Assembly (NCBI GenBank): GCA_009103225.1
Contig: RHPI01003488.1
Location: 369,788-433,787, forward strand
Source of the DNA: Chlorokybus atmophyticus
Lineage: Eukaryota > Plantae > Mesostigma and Chlorokybus algae
Reading direction: 5' to 3'
Length of the DNA: 64,000 nt
Program-made: the position numbers and the translations under genes
Notes under the pieces: model-generated
What the model was told of the DNA's origin: nothing
Seen by the model: the letters and a program-made list of their open reading frames with translations, nothing else
Databases searched by the model: none
Part shown: positions 37,586 through 50,749 of the stretch, in pieces
How the letters are laid out: the number at the start of each line of letters is the position of its first letter
Position numbering within the stretch: the first letter of the stretch is position 1

Positions 37586-40500
37586 TCAGCTCTCTCTTTC
37601 CAGGGCCTTGGCGACAACCGTGTCCTCATGGCGTTTGCTGGTGTCCTCTGCACCCGACTGATAACCAGGGCTCGCGCTGCGCCTGCCGGGAGTGGGAGAT
37701 CGCTCAGCCGCTTTCGCCACAACCATGTCTTCTGACCTAAGCTCCGCAGAGTCATCTACGTCCAACTCCTCATCAATAGCAACAGCTGGTGTCGGGACCC
37801 GCGCGCTAGTGGTTGCTGTGGTGGTTGTCGTCTCCAAGGCAGCCTCCCCATTGGGTGGCGCCTGTTCCAGAACGCCGTCGGCGTCGTCACTGAGTTCAAA
37901 CGTGATCGCGCTGCTGCCGTACTCAAGGAGCTGCGAGATGTTCACGTCTTCTCCGACAAGTGCCGAGATGGCCGCCACGGTGGCCGCGGAGTCTGCTTCG
38001 CTGAACTCTCCTTTGCCCATCTGCGGCGACAGACGCTCCCGAATGGCTTCGTAGCGAAGCATCAACAACTGGCGCCTGTCACGAAACACAGTCAATAATG
38101 TACCTTAACTGCAGCAAACTAACATACTACTTGAGAGGACAAGCAAGTGGCATTACTTGTTGGTGAACTGGCTCGGGAAGAAGCCTGGAAAGTATCTTTG
38201 CAAGAACGAGAAGACAAGCACGTGTCCGACGGGCGTCATTGGAGTAATAAGAATAATTGAGAACGGCACCAGCGTCAGCATGTCACGCACTGTGCGTCGC
38301 AAGGCTCCAACCTGCAGTGGGGACAAGCTCAGTGTAATGTAAGCCTCTGAATGTTAGTATAATCCCAACGCCTAGAATAATAACGATGTAATCAACACAC
38401 CTCCTGTGGACACATCCATGTTGCAGCAGAGACACGAAACACAGCAACCTGTTGTAACAGGCAGGAGCGTACCTCTCGAGGTTTCAATGTTGTTCCTGTC
38501 ACGGCTTGCCAAAACAGCCGCGTGGAGTAGTTGATGTCGCTCGACATCAACTTCAGCCCTCTGCTGTAGAAGTTGACGCCCTCCCTCACCTTCTGCACTG
38601 ATTCCCTAATGGACATTGCAGTCCGTGTCTGGAAGTCCACCGCCGTGGACTCATCCATAATGCCCAACCGGTTCTTGAGATCTACCCAGCACGCAACTCC
38701 ACAACTCAAACACCTGTACTCATCAAAGACTGCAACACCCAAGTCATAGGAAACACAACATACCGGGCACGTCGGATGCCAGAGCAGCGAGAACATCATC
38801 GTCTACCAAGTAGGCTTCTCCTCGCTCGACAATGGCGCTCAGCGTGTCCACTCTCCGTTCAAGGATGCCAAACTCAACGACCACGAGCACTGTCTCCTCC
38901 TCGTCTGTGCGCACGGCATCGCCACCTACCAATACATCACACATAAGCCTCTTGATGAAATGCACCAGTTGCCTAGTTGCAGATGCAACTGAGGCATGCC
39001 TTCAAGCTCCATTGCAAAGCGCATGCAGTGGAGCTTGAGGCAGCGTGGGAACTGATGCAGAATACAAACCACGTGCGAAGGCCTGGACTCACCGGTGACA
39101 TCCAGCAAGTCGCTCTCCAGAAAGCCGTATATCCGCTCCATCTCAAGCTGTAGCGTGCGTACCGCCAACTTGCGCCGCAGTTCACTGACCTGCGTGTGTG
39201 CCAGACATTAAAACCTGTATGCGCCAACAGAGCAAACGACACGCATACCTGATCATCCATCTCTCGTATGTCCGAGGCAAGCCGTGTGCGTGCCAAAGTG
39301 CCGCGCTGTCGCAACCTTGCTTCGCGCGCTTTGCTTGCTGAGTTCAGGCTGTGTTCCAGCTCCTCAGCCTGCGCGGTCATTGAGTAACAAGACACTGCGC
39401 CACGATGAACATAAAGACAGGGCAGCTGTCGGGCAGATCCACACCTCAATGAGGAGCTCACTCTCCTTCAGCTCCCTTATTGCCTTCTGTGAAGGTGGCC
39501 GCGGCAACGGCAATGTCGACACCCCCTCTGTGTCAATACCCTTGTTGCCATTGAGACGCGCCCAGACTTGCCGCAGCGTGCCCGCAAACCCTTGCAGCTT
39601 CTGCAAATGGCGCATGTGTTGTGTTGCAAAGGTCTTACAACTCGCAGGCTTTGTCAGGACAACCACGCCGCATGACACACCTGCCGCGCTGTGTACATGT
39701 CCAGTTGTCGGAGTTGCTGCATCAAGTCATCCACGCTCTTGAAGGCAGGCTGGCCAACAGATGATGTGAGTGGTGATGGCAAGCCCAACCCGCAAGCAGC
39801 AACTCAGCGTGCAGATGAGAGAGTAAGGGAGTGGAGAGGCTCATTCAATGCTGAGTGATGCCAGCTGTGAGCTTACCTCTGCGGCCTCGTCACCCTCTGT
39901 AGTGCGTGGAGGCAAGACCGACAGCAGGGCATCAGATTTTAACCTTAGCTTCTCGGTGGTGTCCGTGGCCTTGTGGCTCACCACATTGACAGCCTCTACA
40001 TCATTCTGCCAACATGTTAATGGAAGTAAGCACTGAATCGTGAACCATGCTGGGTTCCTGCAAGTTGACTTGCGCTATACTCGAGCACACAACACCACAC
40101 AGCAATGTCTTTACTTTATCTAAATCACGGGAGCCGGACATTGCATGCCAATCACAGAGACCACAAATGACAGCATGTTTGGGTGTAGGCATAAGGTGCT
40201 CTGGGCCATACGAGCTCACAACAATGCACAGCACTATGTCACAACCAATATACACCATCAGAACCTTCGCACGCAAACTCACCTCGTAAGCTTGCTCCAG
40301 TGCGCCCGTGCTTTCAAGCTGTCTCAAGTCCCTGCCCAGGCTGGTGGACAGCGCGAGCATGTCCTCGGCGTGCTTTCGCACCTCATCAATGTCGTCCTCT
40401 GACACCGCGCTTTGGCCATTTGCGTTGGAGAAGGGGACGTTCTGCAGCAACTGGTCCGCTCGGATGATGTTGCGGAACAGACGGCGTATCTGCGCAACAT

Positions 40501-41553
40501 TGCAAAACGGCTTGAGCCAATGCCAAAATCAGAGCTGCACAAGACTGCATGCAAACAGCATGCCTGCATAATCCACCAGCAAGTCCATGGCTTCATGACA
40601 GCACCATATGCTGTTTGCACAACGCATGGCCCAGACAACCACGCACCATGAAAAATTGCACAAGAAGTGACAACTCAACTACGGCAGGTAACAAAAATTG
40701 CCTGCGCAAACAACCCAGGTGTCATGTGGCAATGCACAAACAACATAGCATGCACGGTTGCGGTGTACAAGACAAGGTCGCCTCAACTATTTGTGTGAAC
40801 CAACGTAAGCAACAAATGCAATGCTCTTCACCCAGCGGCATGCAGTGCGCCTCAGAGAGTGTCACAGTGAAACCTGTCTCACAATGCGCCAAACTAATTG
40901 GAGCAGAGCGTTGCTTAAGCATGAACCGCACCAGCGGCATTTAGATCAAATCCCGCTACACGTGAATACCAACAAAGACGATATGTATGGATCAACAACA
41001 AGCACACACCCCTGTGCGGGGGCCTGCTCTGCTGCTGAGCACAAGACTATCTACTTGGGGTAACGCAGACTGGTAGAGTCCTCGAATTGAATTACACAGA
41101 CACCAAAGTTTGTGCAAGGACTTCAAACTACCAGACACATGCGACTCAACAAGCATAAATTTGGTATGAGGATTTATTTGATGAGGCCAGCACCTGAACA
41201 AGGATTTCTAGCCTGCGCACGCGCGAGTTTGTGTCGGCTTCGTTAGGTGAAGAGGGGCGGCTCTGAGATTGAGACTGCGACTGCTGCTTGGCTGCCAGCT
41301 TCTGCTGCGCCGCCTTGCTGGCCGCGACCGACGACGCCTGCGCCACCACCTCCGTCCTACGCCTCCGCCTCCTAGACCCGCCTCCAGAGGAAGGCGACAG
41401 CGCCATCAGCACCAAGGGAAGCCCCTGCCTGTGCTGCTGCTGCTTGCGCCTGTGACGAGGCCTCCCCGCCGCCGACCCACGCAGCCACACGCCGCCGCCC
41501 AGCACCAGGACGTCCGTCGTCGCGGCCGACCCATGTGCGCAGCCGGCCGCCAT
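37586..41553 (-). CDS. LETM1-like domain protein (plant type) with transit peptide and long coiled-coil region
   Basis: C-terminal exons: [25 protein letters not shown]|...[46 protein letters not shown]|...RQLLMLRYE. Arg/Ser-rich N-terminus ending [15 protein letters not shown]. Confidence 0.82.
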
Positions 41554-42325
41554 GACGACGATGCCTCCTTACCCTCCCAACCCTCACCCCGTGCCCCGCC
41601 GCCTCCGCCGCCTCCTTCGCCGCCGCCGCCGCCTTCCAGCAAGCCGTGGCGCCACGCTGGTAATTGGCCACGTCAGCAGTCACATTTCATGGCCCAAGTT
41701 ACGCCTCATCCGACGCCGAGATACTTATCGTGTCCCGGACACTCAAGCGCCAGCGCCAAAGGCGTAACGGAGAAGATACGCTTGGTTCGAGCCATCGACC
41801 CACTGCAGTGACTGAGTGAATCAACTGTGTGCGTGCCTGCGGGTAAAGCTGCCAGCTGGCGGGGTTGTGCTCCTGTGCAACGTCCTCGCCGCCACCGCCG
41901 CCGTCGTCGGGGCCGTACATGCTGCGCTTTGGTTGTACAGTAGCCCGCTGATTAGGGCCTACTGGTGGAGGACGACGACAGGCGACGACGGCGGATGTGA
42001 GGGCTGGTGGCTGCGTAGGGTTACTGAGGCTCGCGTTCTGTACTCTCCGTCAGGATGAGAGGACGGCGCTGGTGTGCTGTTTGGTCAATGCACTATTAGG
42101 CCTGGCGACAATGTGTCCATTGGCTTAGTGCTTCAACGTCAACGCAACACAATCATTTTGTCAGACAGCTCTTCACAGAGAGAGATACACACAGTTAGAC
42201 CGTGCTAGAGCGTGCTGCCTGGGAGGAGCTCACAGCGCAATGCGGCTGTGTGGCTATCCATGTAGCACACGCCTTGTTATTAAGTAGCTGAGGAGTTAGG
42301 GCTGTACTCGAAGCTGTCTGTCAGC

Positions 42326-44377
42326 ATGGGGCCGTTCATGCAGCGGCTGTTGAGGCGGCTGGTGCGATGGGTGTGGGTGCTGATGAACATCGTGGTGGTC
42401 ATCGCCTGCGTCTACCTTGCCGTACGCATGCGCGCACTCAGCTATGAATCACACGCCATCGCATGGTTCATATCAGGTCAGTGGTGTTCCACGAACCTAG
42501 TTGATTTGTCAATTGTCACCATGTGATCATCGGACTCACATCCTCAAATGCTGCCGAGCTGTTTGACACGAGCAAACATCGGAGACTTCAGCCCAATAGT
42601 TCGTATGGATATGAGTGTTGCATGCAGCTCAAATACTGGAATAACTACACAGCATTTGTCTGCACCTGGTGAATATAAATTGCAACCATCCATGCGTAAG
42701 TGGAGTTGAAACCGGAACATGCTGTGAAGTGGACGTTTACCTGCCTTGCAGAGTGTTCCCAGTGCAGGATCAGCGCGCATGCTCTTGTGCAGGGTTGTAC
42801 GCATGTGCGCGTGCCCCTTGTGTGAGTTGTATGACAGCGCGGACATTGCCACATTGTGAGCTTAACGTCTTGTCTGCTCAACTGTAGCGCATAGGGCTGC
42901 CATCGCTGTGCACGCATATGGGCGCAAACCCCATTGGTATGACTGCAATGACAGCACAGACTCATTTTCACGGAGTTGAGCTTGTTGTCTGCGTATCGTC
43001 TGCTGCGAGTTTGTGATGTTTAAATAAGCTCGCCATGATTGTGGTATTCATGTTGAGTGCACATACGCATGCTGCACCACTGCGATGTTGGTTCAACATT
43101 GGGTCCTTGATGGAGATGTTGTCAACTTACACAGACATGTTTGTACTGTTTACAGGTGTTTTCGTGCTCCTTTCGTTGCCCATCACCTTTGACACTATCG
43201 CCCAACACTTGTACAACTACAACAAGCCCAAGCAGCAGATTAAGCTGATCAGAGTGATGCTGATGGTGCCGGTCTATGCCGTGGACTCGTGGCTGGCTCT
43301 CGTTTTTAAAGACGCCGCCATCTACTTTGACACTGCCCGCGAGTAAGTGGCAGTACATTGTGAATGGCAGTCGTTGGTCTCATTCATGTGGTGTTTGTTG
43401 TGTTGAGATGGTATGCATGTAAACAGCCTTAAGGTGCAGCGTTGCCTTGGCTACTCAATGAAGCAACTGTTGCGCAGATGCTATGAAGCGTATGTGCTGT
43501 ACAACTTCTTCGAGTACCTATTGGCGTACATGAGTGAGCAGGGTGACCCCGTGCAGATCATTGCGTGTCAGCCGGAGACAGATCACATCTGGCCGCTGCA
43601 TCGCCTGCGCTCCTGGGAGATGGGCCAGGAGTTTCTAGAAAACTGCAGGGCGGGCATCCTCAACTACGTCATCATACGGCCCATCACAACCTTTGTTGCA
43701 CTGTGAGTGTTGGTTGGTTGGCTCAACTAGCTGTAGGGTGTCTTGCTGCTTTGCTCACTTGGTATGTGCGTTCGTGCAGGATGTGCCAGTTCAACGACTC
43801 GTACGGGGAGGGTGAGATCAACTTCCACAAGGCGTACGTGTATGTGATGATTATCAATTCTCTGTCTCAGTCGTGGGCTTTGTACTGCCTGGTGCTGTTC
43901 TACAAGGCGATCCACAAGGAGCTGGCGCCAATTCACCCGCTGGCCAAGTTTGCGTGCGTCAAGTTTGTGGTCTTCTTCTCCTTCTGGCAGAGTGTGCTCA
44001 TCGCCATCCTCGCGCGCATCGGCTTCATCCAAGATCCTGCCGGCATCACCAGCTACGACAAGCATGACGTTGCGCGTGGGCTGCAGGACTTTTTGATCTG
44101 TATTGAGATGTTCTTTGCCGCCGTCGCCCATGGCTTCGCCTTCTCCGCCAAGGAGTATGAGGACCCGCTCACCCATGCGCGCTCACCCGACTGGCGCGTC
44201 ATGTTCGACGTCAATGATGTTGCCACCGACGTCATTGACCACGTCACGTCCGCGCCCAAGAAGGTCGTGCGCAATGTCGTGCGCGCCGTGTCGGGGCCGG
44301 GTGGGCCCTCGGGCAAAAATGGCACAACGCAGGATGAGCGCATGGGACTCATCAGCGAGGAAGAAGGGGTGTCGTGA
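42326..44377 (+). CDS. TMEM184: TMEM184/OST-alpha family (LAZ1-like) multi-pass membrane protein
   Basis: HLYNYNKPKQQIKLIRVMLMVPVYAVDSW; ARE|CYEAYVLYNF; KFACVKFVVFFSFWQ; GLQDFLICIEMFFAAVAHGFAFS; four exons in frame. Confidence 0.95.
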
Positions 44378-44559
44378 GACAGAGCACGCGGCACATGCGT
44401 TGGTGGTTGATACCAATTGCAAGAAGCAAAGCAGGTGTGGTGTTCAGCCCGCACTGTACATGCGTCACCGTTGCGCTCACTGCAGCCTTGCCTCATGTCT
44501 GGGCTCGCCACTGTCACCAGCTCTTCTCCAAGCCAATCTCAAGTCATACAGTGATCTTC

Positions 44560-44760
44560 TGAACTGAACTGCTCAACACATTGCAGTTCACGTAGTCCAC
44601 TTGTACAGCGCATTTGGTGACCCTGAGAATATGCCAGAGAGCATTGTTGTCTCAGCTTGCAGCGATTCTATGAACTGAACTGTTAAACAAATTGCAGTTG
44701 AGAATCCACTTGTACAGCGCATTTGGTCTTCAGAGAAGTCAGGGAGCATAGTTGTCTGAC
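44560..44760. repeat. Two-copy tandem repeat, ~111 bp period, downstream of TMEM184
   Basis: GAACTGAACTG...TTGCAGTT...TCCACTTGTACAGCGCATTTGGT starts at 44561 and again at 44672. Confidence 0.85.
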
Positions 44761-45721
44761 TGAGTTTTGCTGTGCTGCATGTCCTGGCATTGCTGTTCCT
44801 TATACCAAAAGCATTTTGGTGTCATACATGGCAGTCAAGTCAATGGCAAGCATGCATCACGCTGTAAGAGAATCCCGCTGCTGCCATGCGTCGGCACCAA
44901 TGTTGTAGCTAATCGCCAGTCATACCAGTGCGTAGGGTATAGGAATGCATGCTCATACGCGTGGTTACAAACCACCACTGTATGGCAACATGTACAGGTG
45001 TAGTCTGCACTGTGGATAATATGAGTGTGGACAACAATTGACGCATTTTCGACGAATGCAGGTTTTGGTTGGCTGTATACCTCCGGCCATCCTCCCCTCT
45101 TCTGACGCACACAATCTGTACAAGAGGAGCTAGCTAGGAAAAAGCTGGTTAATGCTTACCGTATTCACACATAGGATGCGAGAGCTGCCGCAAGGGTACT
45201 TGCGAGAACGCTTGCAGATTGGTCGCAAAGAAAGCAATACCAGATACTCAATATCCAAATCATAGACGTGAATAGCAGCTCAACAACATAGCTGCAACAT
45301 TGTTGGGGCAAGACCTGCGCAACTTTATTTCGAAAAGGTTTGCCGTATTTGCAGTTGACGAGCCAGCACACTAAACTGCCCGCTACAACCGCTACAACCA
45401 CACCATCGATTGAAAGCTACACTGCATTGCATAGCGTACCTTCCAGGTATTGACTGTACACACTTGAACTAACACATGTATATGTACACTGTACAACGAG
45501 GGACATGTCTCGTCTTTGTCACAGTGCACTCATCGCAAGAGTGCCACGCGAATGCTTTGACATCACTGCCTCATGAAAGGGAGTGCGATCTGCTCCCTGC
45601 ATAACACAACACACAATAGGCCATCAACCGGTGCACTGACGTGCATGCTTGAACAAAAGTTTGGTGTCACATGGTAGCATAACCACACAGCGCACCTGCC
45701 TCGACGATGCCTCTCCCTGCC

Positions 45722-47040
45722 TCACTTCTCCCAGAAAACTGCAACATCGCCTTGAACTGCAGCCAATCACACACACTGAATATAGTATCAACGCATTCGC
45801 ATCGTGCAATCTTTGAGTCAGAGCTGCGCACAAGCACACTGCTACTCACAGCAGGAGCTGCTGCGTGGGGCGCCGCCGATGTCATCGCACTCATCGTTAC
45901 TGTTGGATATCTCTATGACGCCTTTCGCGGCCTTTTTCTGCACAAATGTTGCGTCCCCGTTTGACAGCCGTGCGCCAATGCTTAATTGGACGCAACAACA
46001 ACAACCGTGTCTCTCACCTCTCTTGCCGCCTTGAACTCCATCTCTACGTGGTCCGGGTGCCAGTCTCCTGTGCCGTTATGCGCGGGCTCGTGGGGAGTCA
46101 CGCGCATCGTACGCTCACACAGCGCAAACTGTGTAAACAGGACGGATAGTCAAGGGTTTGTTGTGGAATCAGTGATCAGAACAAACCCTTGAAGTGTCCA
46201 CAAGTCAACAAGTGGGCAATCCCATGATGATGGCTCACCGGTGGCGGTGGCTCTCTGTTGAATACTATGTCCGGGTCGACTGGTGCGGGATACGTGCGTC
46301 GTCCAGCGTCCACACGCGCGTCCATCTTGTTGGCAGCTACAGACGCACACTGTCACTCCCTATGACATGACACAAGCTTGTAAGAGTGTGAAGCCAGCCA
46401 AGACTCTTCAGTCTCACCCCAGCAGTCGGTTCAAAAGGGCATCAAAAAGGCATAGCTGTGTATGATGACGCGTTGTGACATGTGACATGAAGTCAAAACC
46501 GAGCTGGTTGTTAGGGGACGACAAGCTCAGCCTGATGCTGCGCTTATGGTTCTGGATGGTCGTTGTCTCTCACGCACAAGGAGTTCGATCGCATGCAAGT
46601 GGACGGACTTGACCAGCTTGTGTTCTTTGGGATAGTGCTGTGAGAGTTACCAGCTGCGGCAGTCAGCAGCGCAGACCACAGCATGATACTGGCAACAGAG
46701 CATCTGCCATGCATGCATGGAGTGCAGCAGATTAAACCCCCGTTATCTGACGGGTACTGCCGTTATGTATGTCGCAGCTTACATGAGCGAGTGACTTTGT
46801 GAAGTAATGGACCCATCCAGCACGACAGCTCTAATCAACAGCACCAACTTATCAAAACGGTACAAAACTTGTAGATAAGCAAAACGACACTTTTTCTTGC
46901 GAATCAATTACGCGAACAAACGAACAAACAAATATAGGGACGAGCAGTGCACAACAAACGCAGCCAGGCCACACCCGCTTACCGAACCCCATGCACTATC
47001 TTCTATTGCTGCCCTTGGATCTGATCCCACTCGTGCTGAA
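45722..47040 (-). CDS. Unidentified multi-exon gene (5' end unresolved)
   Basis: Series of short GT-AG-bounded open exons: SCRAGWVHYFTKSLAH, HYPKEHKLVKSVHLHAIELL, PAPVDPDIVFNREPPPP, FALCERTMRVTPHEPAHNGTGDWHPDHVEMEFKAARE, KKAAKGVIEISN..., FQGDVAVFWEK*. One junction phase is unresolved. Confidence 0.5.
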
Positions 47041-47866
47041 GACTGACAAAGGAGAGGCGTGATGGTGTACCACACTGGCTGTATCGCTATGACGATGATC
47101 TTTGCCAAAACCCAAGCCAACCCTTTACCGCTAAGGCTCGGAGTGCAGTCGACGTTGTGGTAAAGATGCTGACTTTAACAAAGACGACGACAGCTGCTGT
47201 CGACAACCTCTCTTCTCGTCTCCTCCTCTTTTTAACACCAGCAGCAACACAAGCTGCGACCCCCTCCGCCTGCACACTGACAGCATTGGCTGCTCCACCC
47301 CAAGACAAGAGAGAAAGTCAGCTTCGCCCTGCTGACCTACCACGTGCTGACTACTACAGTAGTGCTGTTGCGGCGGCGGCGGCGGCGGCGGCGGCGGCAG
47401 GCTGAGACACTTGGAGCAAGTTAGTAGAGAAGTAGGAAAAGAGAGGCTTGGCTTTGAGTCGAGCGGCGGACTGCGAGCGGCGCCAACACGACAGTCCACA
47501 GGTTTGGACGCGAGAGCACGATTGTCTCGGTTGCTTTGCTGGGCTGCGTGCTCGCATGCACGCATGGCGTGATGTGGCCTGTGTGCAACCCGCCTTTCGG
47601 CATGTTATGCAACTCGCAAATGCTGCGTGGGGGTAGCTATCAGACTGTCGTTACTATCTGCGTTGCATGGGGCTGCTTGTATTGCTCGTTAGGTGGCATA
47701 CGAATGACCTAACACTACACCCACCCACTTACCCACTCACCACCACCATCACCACCCCACTTCCTTCTCAGAATCACACATGCACGCGCCAAACCAACAA
47801 TCCTAGCTTGTGCACGCGCGCATACGTGCACATACGCATGCACACACACCAATGCACATGTCTTCC

Positions 47867-48036
<170 letters not shown>

Positions 48037-48163
48037 GCTCACTCGCTCACTCGCGCGCATGCTGTATGTGTCGCTGCGCACACATCACATAAGTGCATGC
48101 GCGCAGATTGTGTGACACTCTGACTAGAGGAAGTATGCAGTATGCAGAACTTGCCACATTGGC

Positions 48164-49354
48164 ATGCGTTTATGGGCATATGACAAGCATGTTGAGCACA
48201 TGCAAGATCCGCAGCCGCTAGCTCTGTGGTTCAAGCACATCAGGCGCTGCGTTGCAGGCCAAGCAGGCGACAATAAGCTGCCCGAAGGCAGCGTGTGCTG
48301 CTCAAAGGCTCCCAAAGTCCCGATGCAGGTGAGCCAAACTTTTATGCGCGGATCGATTAAAACAATGTCACCATTTTGCAGCCAGCCCACTCCATCGCAT
48401 GTCACGCCATACACCGCACGAGTATCATCAAGATGTCTGTGCTCACCGTGCGTTGGCATGCTGTCGCACATACCAGGCCAACGACGATGCCAACCAGGAG
48501 CTGACCCCGAAGCAGTTCACTCTGCTGATCGTGTTGCGCGCTGCTGCCACGTCCAGCGACAGCGAGGAGGCCGCGGTGCTGATCGGCGAGAAGAAGCGCG
48601 GGTTCGGCGAGGGCTACTTCAACGGCTTCGGGGGCAAAGTGGAGCCGGGCGAGAGCGTCGAAGAGGCGGCGCAACGCGAGATGAGGGAAGAGGCGGGCGT
48701 CACGGCCGTCGATATGGAGCGGTGCGGCTTGCTGGTGTTCAGGTTTGACGACGTGTTGCGACCCTGGGAGGTACACACATACGCGCACATGGACACGCAG
48801 AGGTGCACGGGCATGCATGCGCACACTCACCCTCAAACTCACTTCCACGCACACGCGCATGCGCGCACACAAATATACGAGCACGCGCACACGCACACGC
48901 AGGCACACACAGACACTCTCGTTCATCCTCCATCTCACGTCCGCAACTGCGCGCATGTGCGCACGTACGCATGTGCGCACGTACCCATGTGCACACGCAC
49001 GCACACTCTGTTTGTGTGCATGCATGCATGCGTGCACACAAACTGTATCGGTGCGTGCACGCGGTCTAAGTGCGTGCGTACACGCGCCAACAACAGCATT
49101 GTCTGTTCGTGAATGCACGTCAGGTGCACGTGTTCCGGGCGCGCGGCTATGATGGCGAGTTGCAAGAGACCGACGAGATGCGTCCCGTCTGGTTCCCCGT
49201 CAGCGCGATACCGTTCGACCGCATGTGGGCCGACGACATCCACTGGTACCCGCTCTTCCTCAAGGGCAGCAAGTTCAAGGGCGAGTTCCACTTCACGCAA
49301 ACAACGCGACTGGTCTGGCACGAACTGCATGAAGTTGAATCCCTACCGGATTGA
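48164..49354 (+). CDS. NUDT1: Nudix hydrolase, MTH1/NUDT1-like 8-oxo-dGTPase
   Basis: KKRGFGEGYFNGFGGKVEPGESVEEAAQREMREEAG (Nudix box) and TDEMRPVWFPVSAIPFDRMWADDIHWYPLFL. Start/first exon uncertain. Confidence 0.92.
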
Positions 49355-49736
49355 TTCGTATACTTAACTGGCATTCATCCATTGCTGCAGACAATACCAA
49401 CTGTTCACGCCGAGCACACAATATTTCTTCTGCATTGTGCTGGTCCAATGCGAGGGCGTGCTTTCGGACGCACCAGAGCACGCCAACAGTAAAAGCAGCT
49501 TTAAGGCAGTTGCTTGCGAGCAGCACACCCCAACATTTATATACACAACTGCTTGGTCATTGCGGATGTTCAGCATCGCCTTACCCGGCTTCAACATACA
49601 TTGATGCATGCTAACACCAGACGCTCCCTAAGCTAACCAGCTCCGGTGCAAAACAACGCAGTCTGTACCCTCTGCAACCCTCAGAGGGTGCAATGTTTGC
49701 CTATTGTACAAGCTATGACCATGGTCATCAGCGCAC

Positions 49737-50620
49737 TTATTGCATGCTGAGGCCGGTAGCGTGCACCTCGCCGTCTTCCTCGACAAACTTCACCCGCTGA
49801 AGGTGGAGCAGAAACCTGATCTGATGTACCAATCCAACGCATGAGACACGTGCGCCGCGCGGTTGTGCATGCTGCAACCACAAGATGGCTCTACCCCATG
49901 TCCTACCTCGTCAAGGGAGAGTTGTGCCACAAACATGTGGAGTGAGTTCATCTCGTGCTGTGGCTGGAACGTCGGGAATGCGGCCGTCAAGTCCGCCAGT
50001 ACCGCGTCCTTGAAACCCACCTCCGTCGCAACCTGACACAAAACACGGGCCCAAACATCAACGGGAAGCAGCGGGCTGCCGCACGGCATGCGTCTGCGGT
50101 TGTTGGTCAGCACGGTTGAGTGAACAGTCTGAAAGTGCAAGGCTGCTGTCATCTACATGCAGGTACAGGTGAGGCACGTGGAAATACTTGTTAGACGACC
50201 ATCATTACAGTGGCAGCAAGCAATGACGCAAAGGCAAACTGGGCTCCAGATTTTGCTGATGTCGAGTCGAGTGTATGAACCGGAGGTGTCCAACGTCTTG
50301 TGGCCAATCACGTGAGAAGCGGCTGGCAGTGCAACGGCAGTATGCATAGAGACTATGCAGCATGTTGACTAGACAATGCCAAGTGAATTCACACCCACGC
50401 CCCCACGTACGATGTATCTTGCGCGGTGGCCCGTCGGCATCACGGCGTCGTGGATTGTGTCGGCGTCGTACTGCACGCCGCTGCGCAGCTGAAGCGTCGG
50501 CTTGGCGGGCACGCCGTGGCCCTGGGCCGCCGTCGCCATCGCGACCACCGCGAGCAGAAGCGCAAGACGCCACAAGCAGCCCCGCCGCCGCCACAACGCT
50601 CCCGGCATCGCCTTCGTCAT
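49737..50620 (-). CDS. Stand-alone secreted peptidase inhibitor I9 (subtilisin-propeptide-like) protein, 139 aa
   Basis: Three phase-0 exons (50620-50411, 50032-49907, 49820-49737): signal peptide LWRLALLLAVVAMATAAQG, then RYI|VATEVGFKDAVLADL...QHEMNSLHMFVAQLSLDE|IRFLLHLQRVKFVEEDGEVHA. This matches the I9 pattern YIV...F.A.LS.EE...V..VEED..V.A. Confidence 0.75.
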
Positions 50621-50749
50621 CCCCGTCACCGTCGCCGTGGGACCTGGCTGCATCGCGGCGCACGTGTGGCCTGTTGAGGAGGGATACGAGCATTCAATAC
50701 AGTAGCAGTCAGTAATTCATCAATCAATCAACCTTGCGTACAATGGGCA

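Noticed and set aside
41816-42058. uORF or small gene between LETM1-like and TMEM184
   Set aside because: Starts at GTG with no homology cue; lies in a divergent promoter/5' UTR region.
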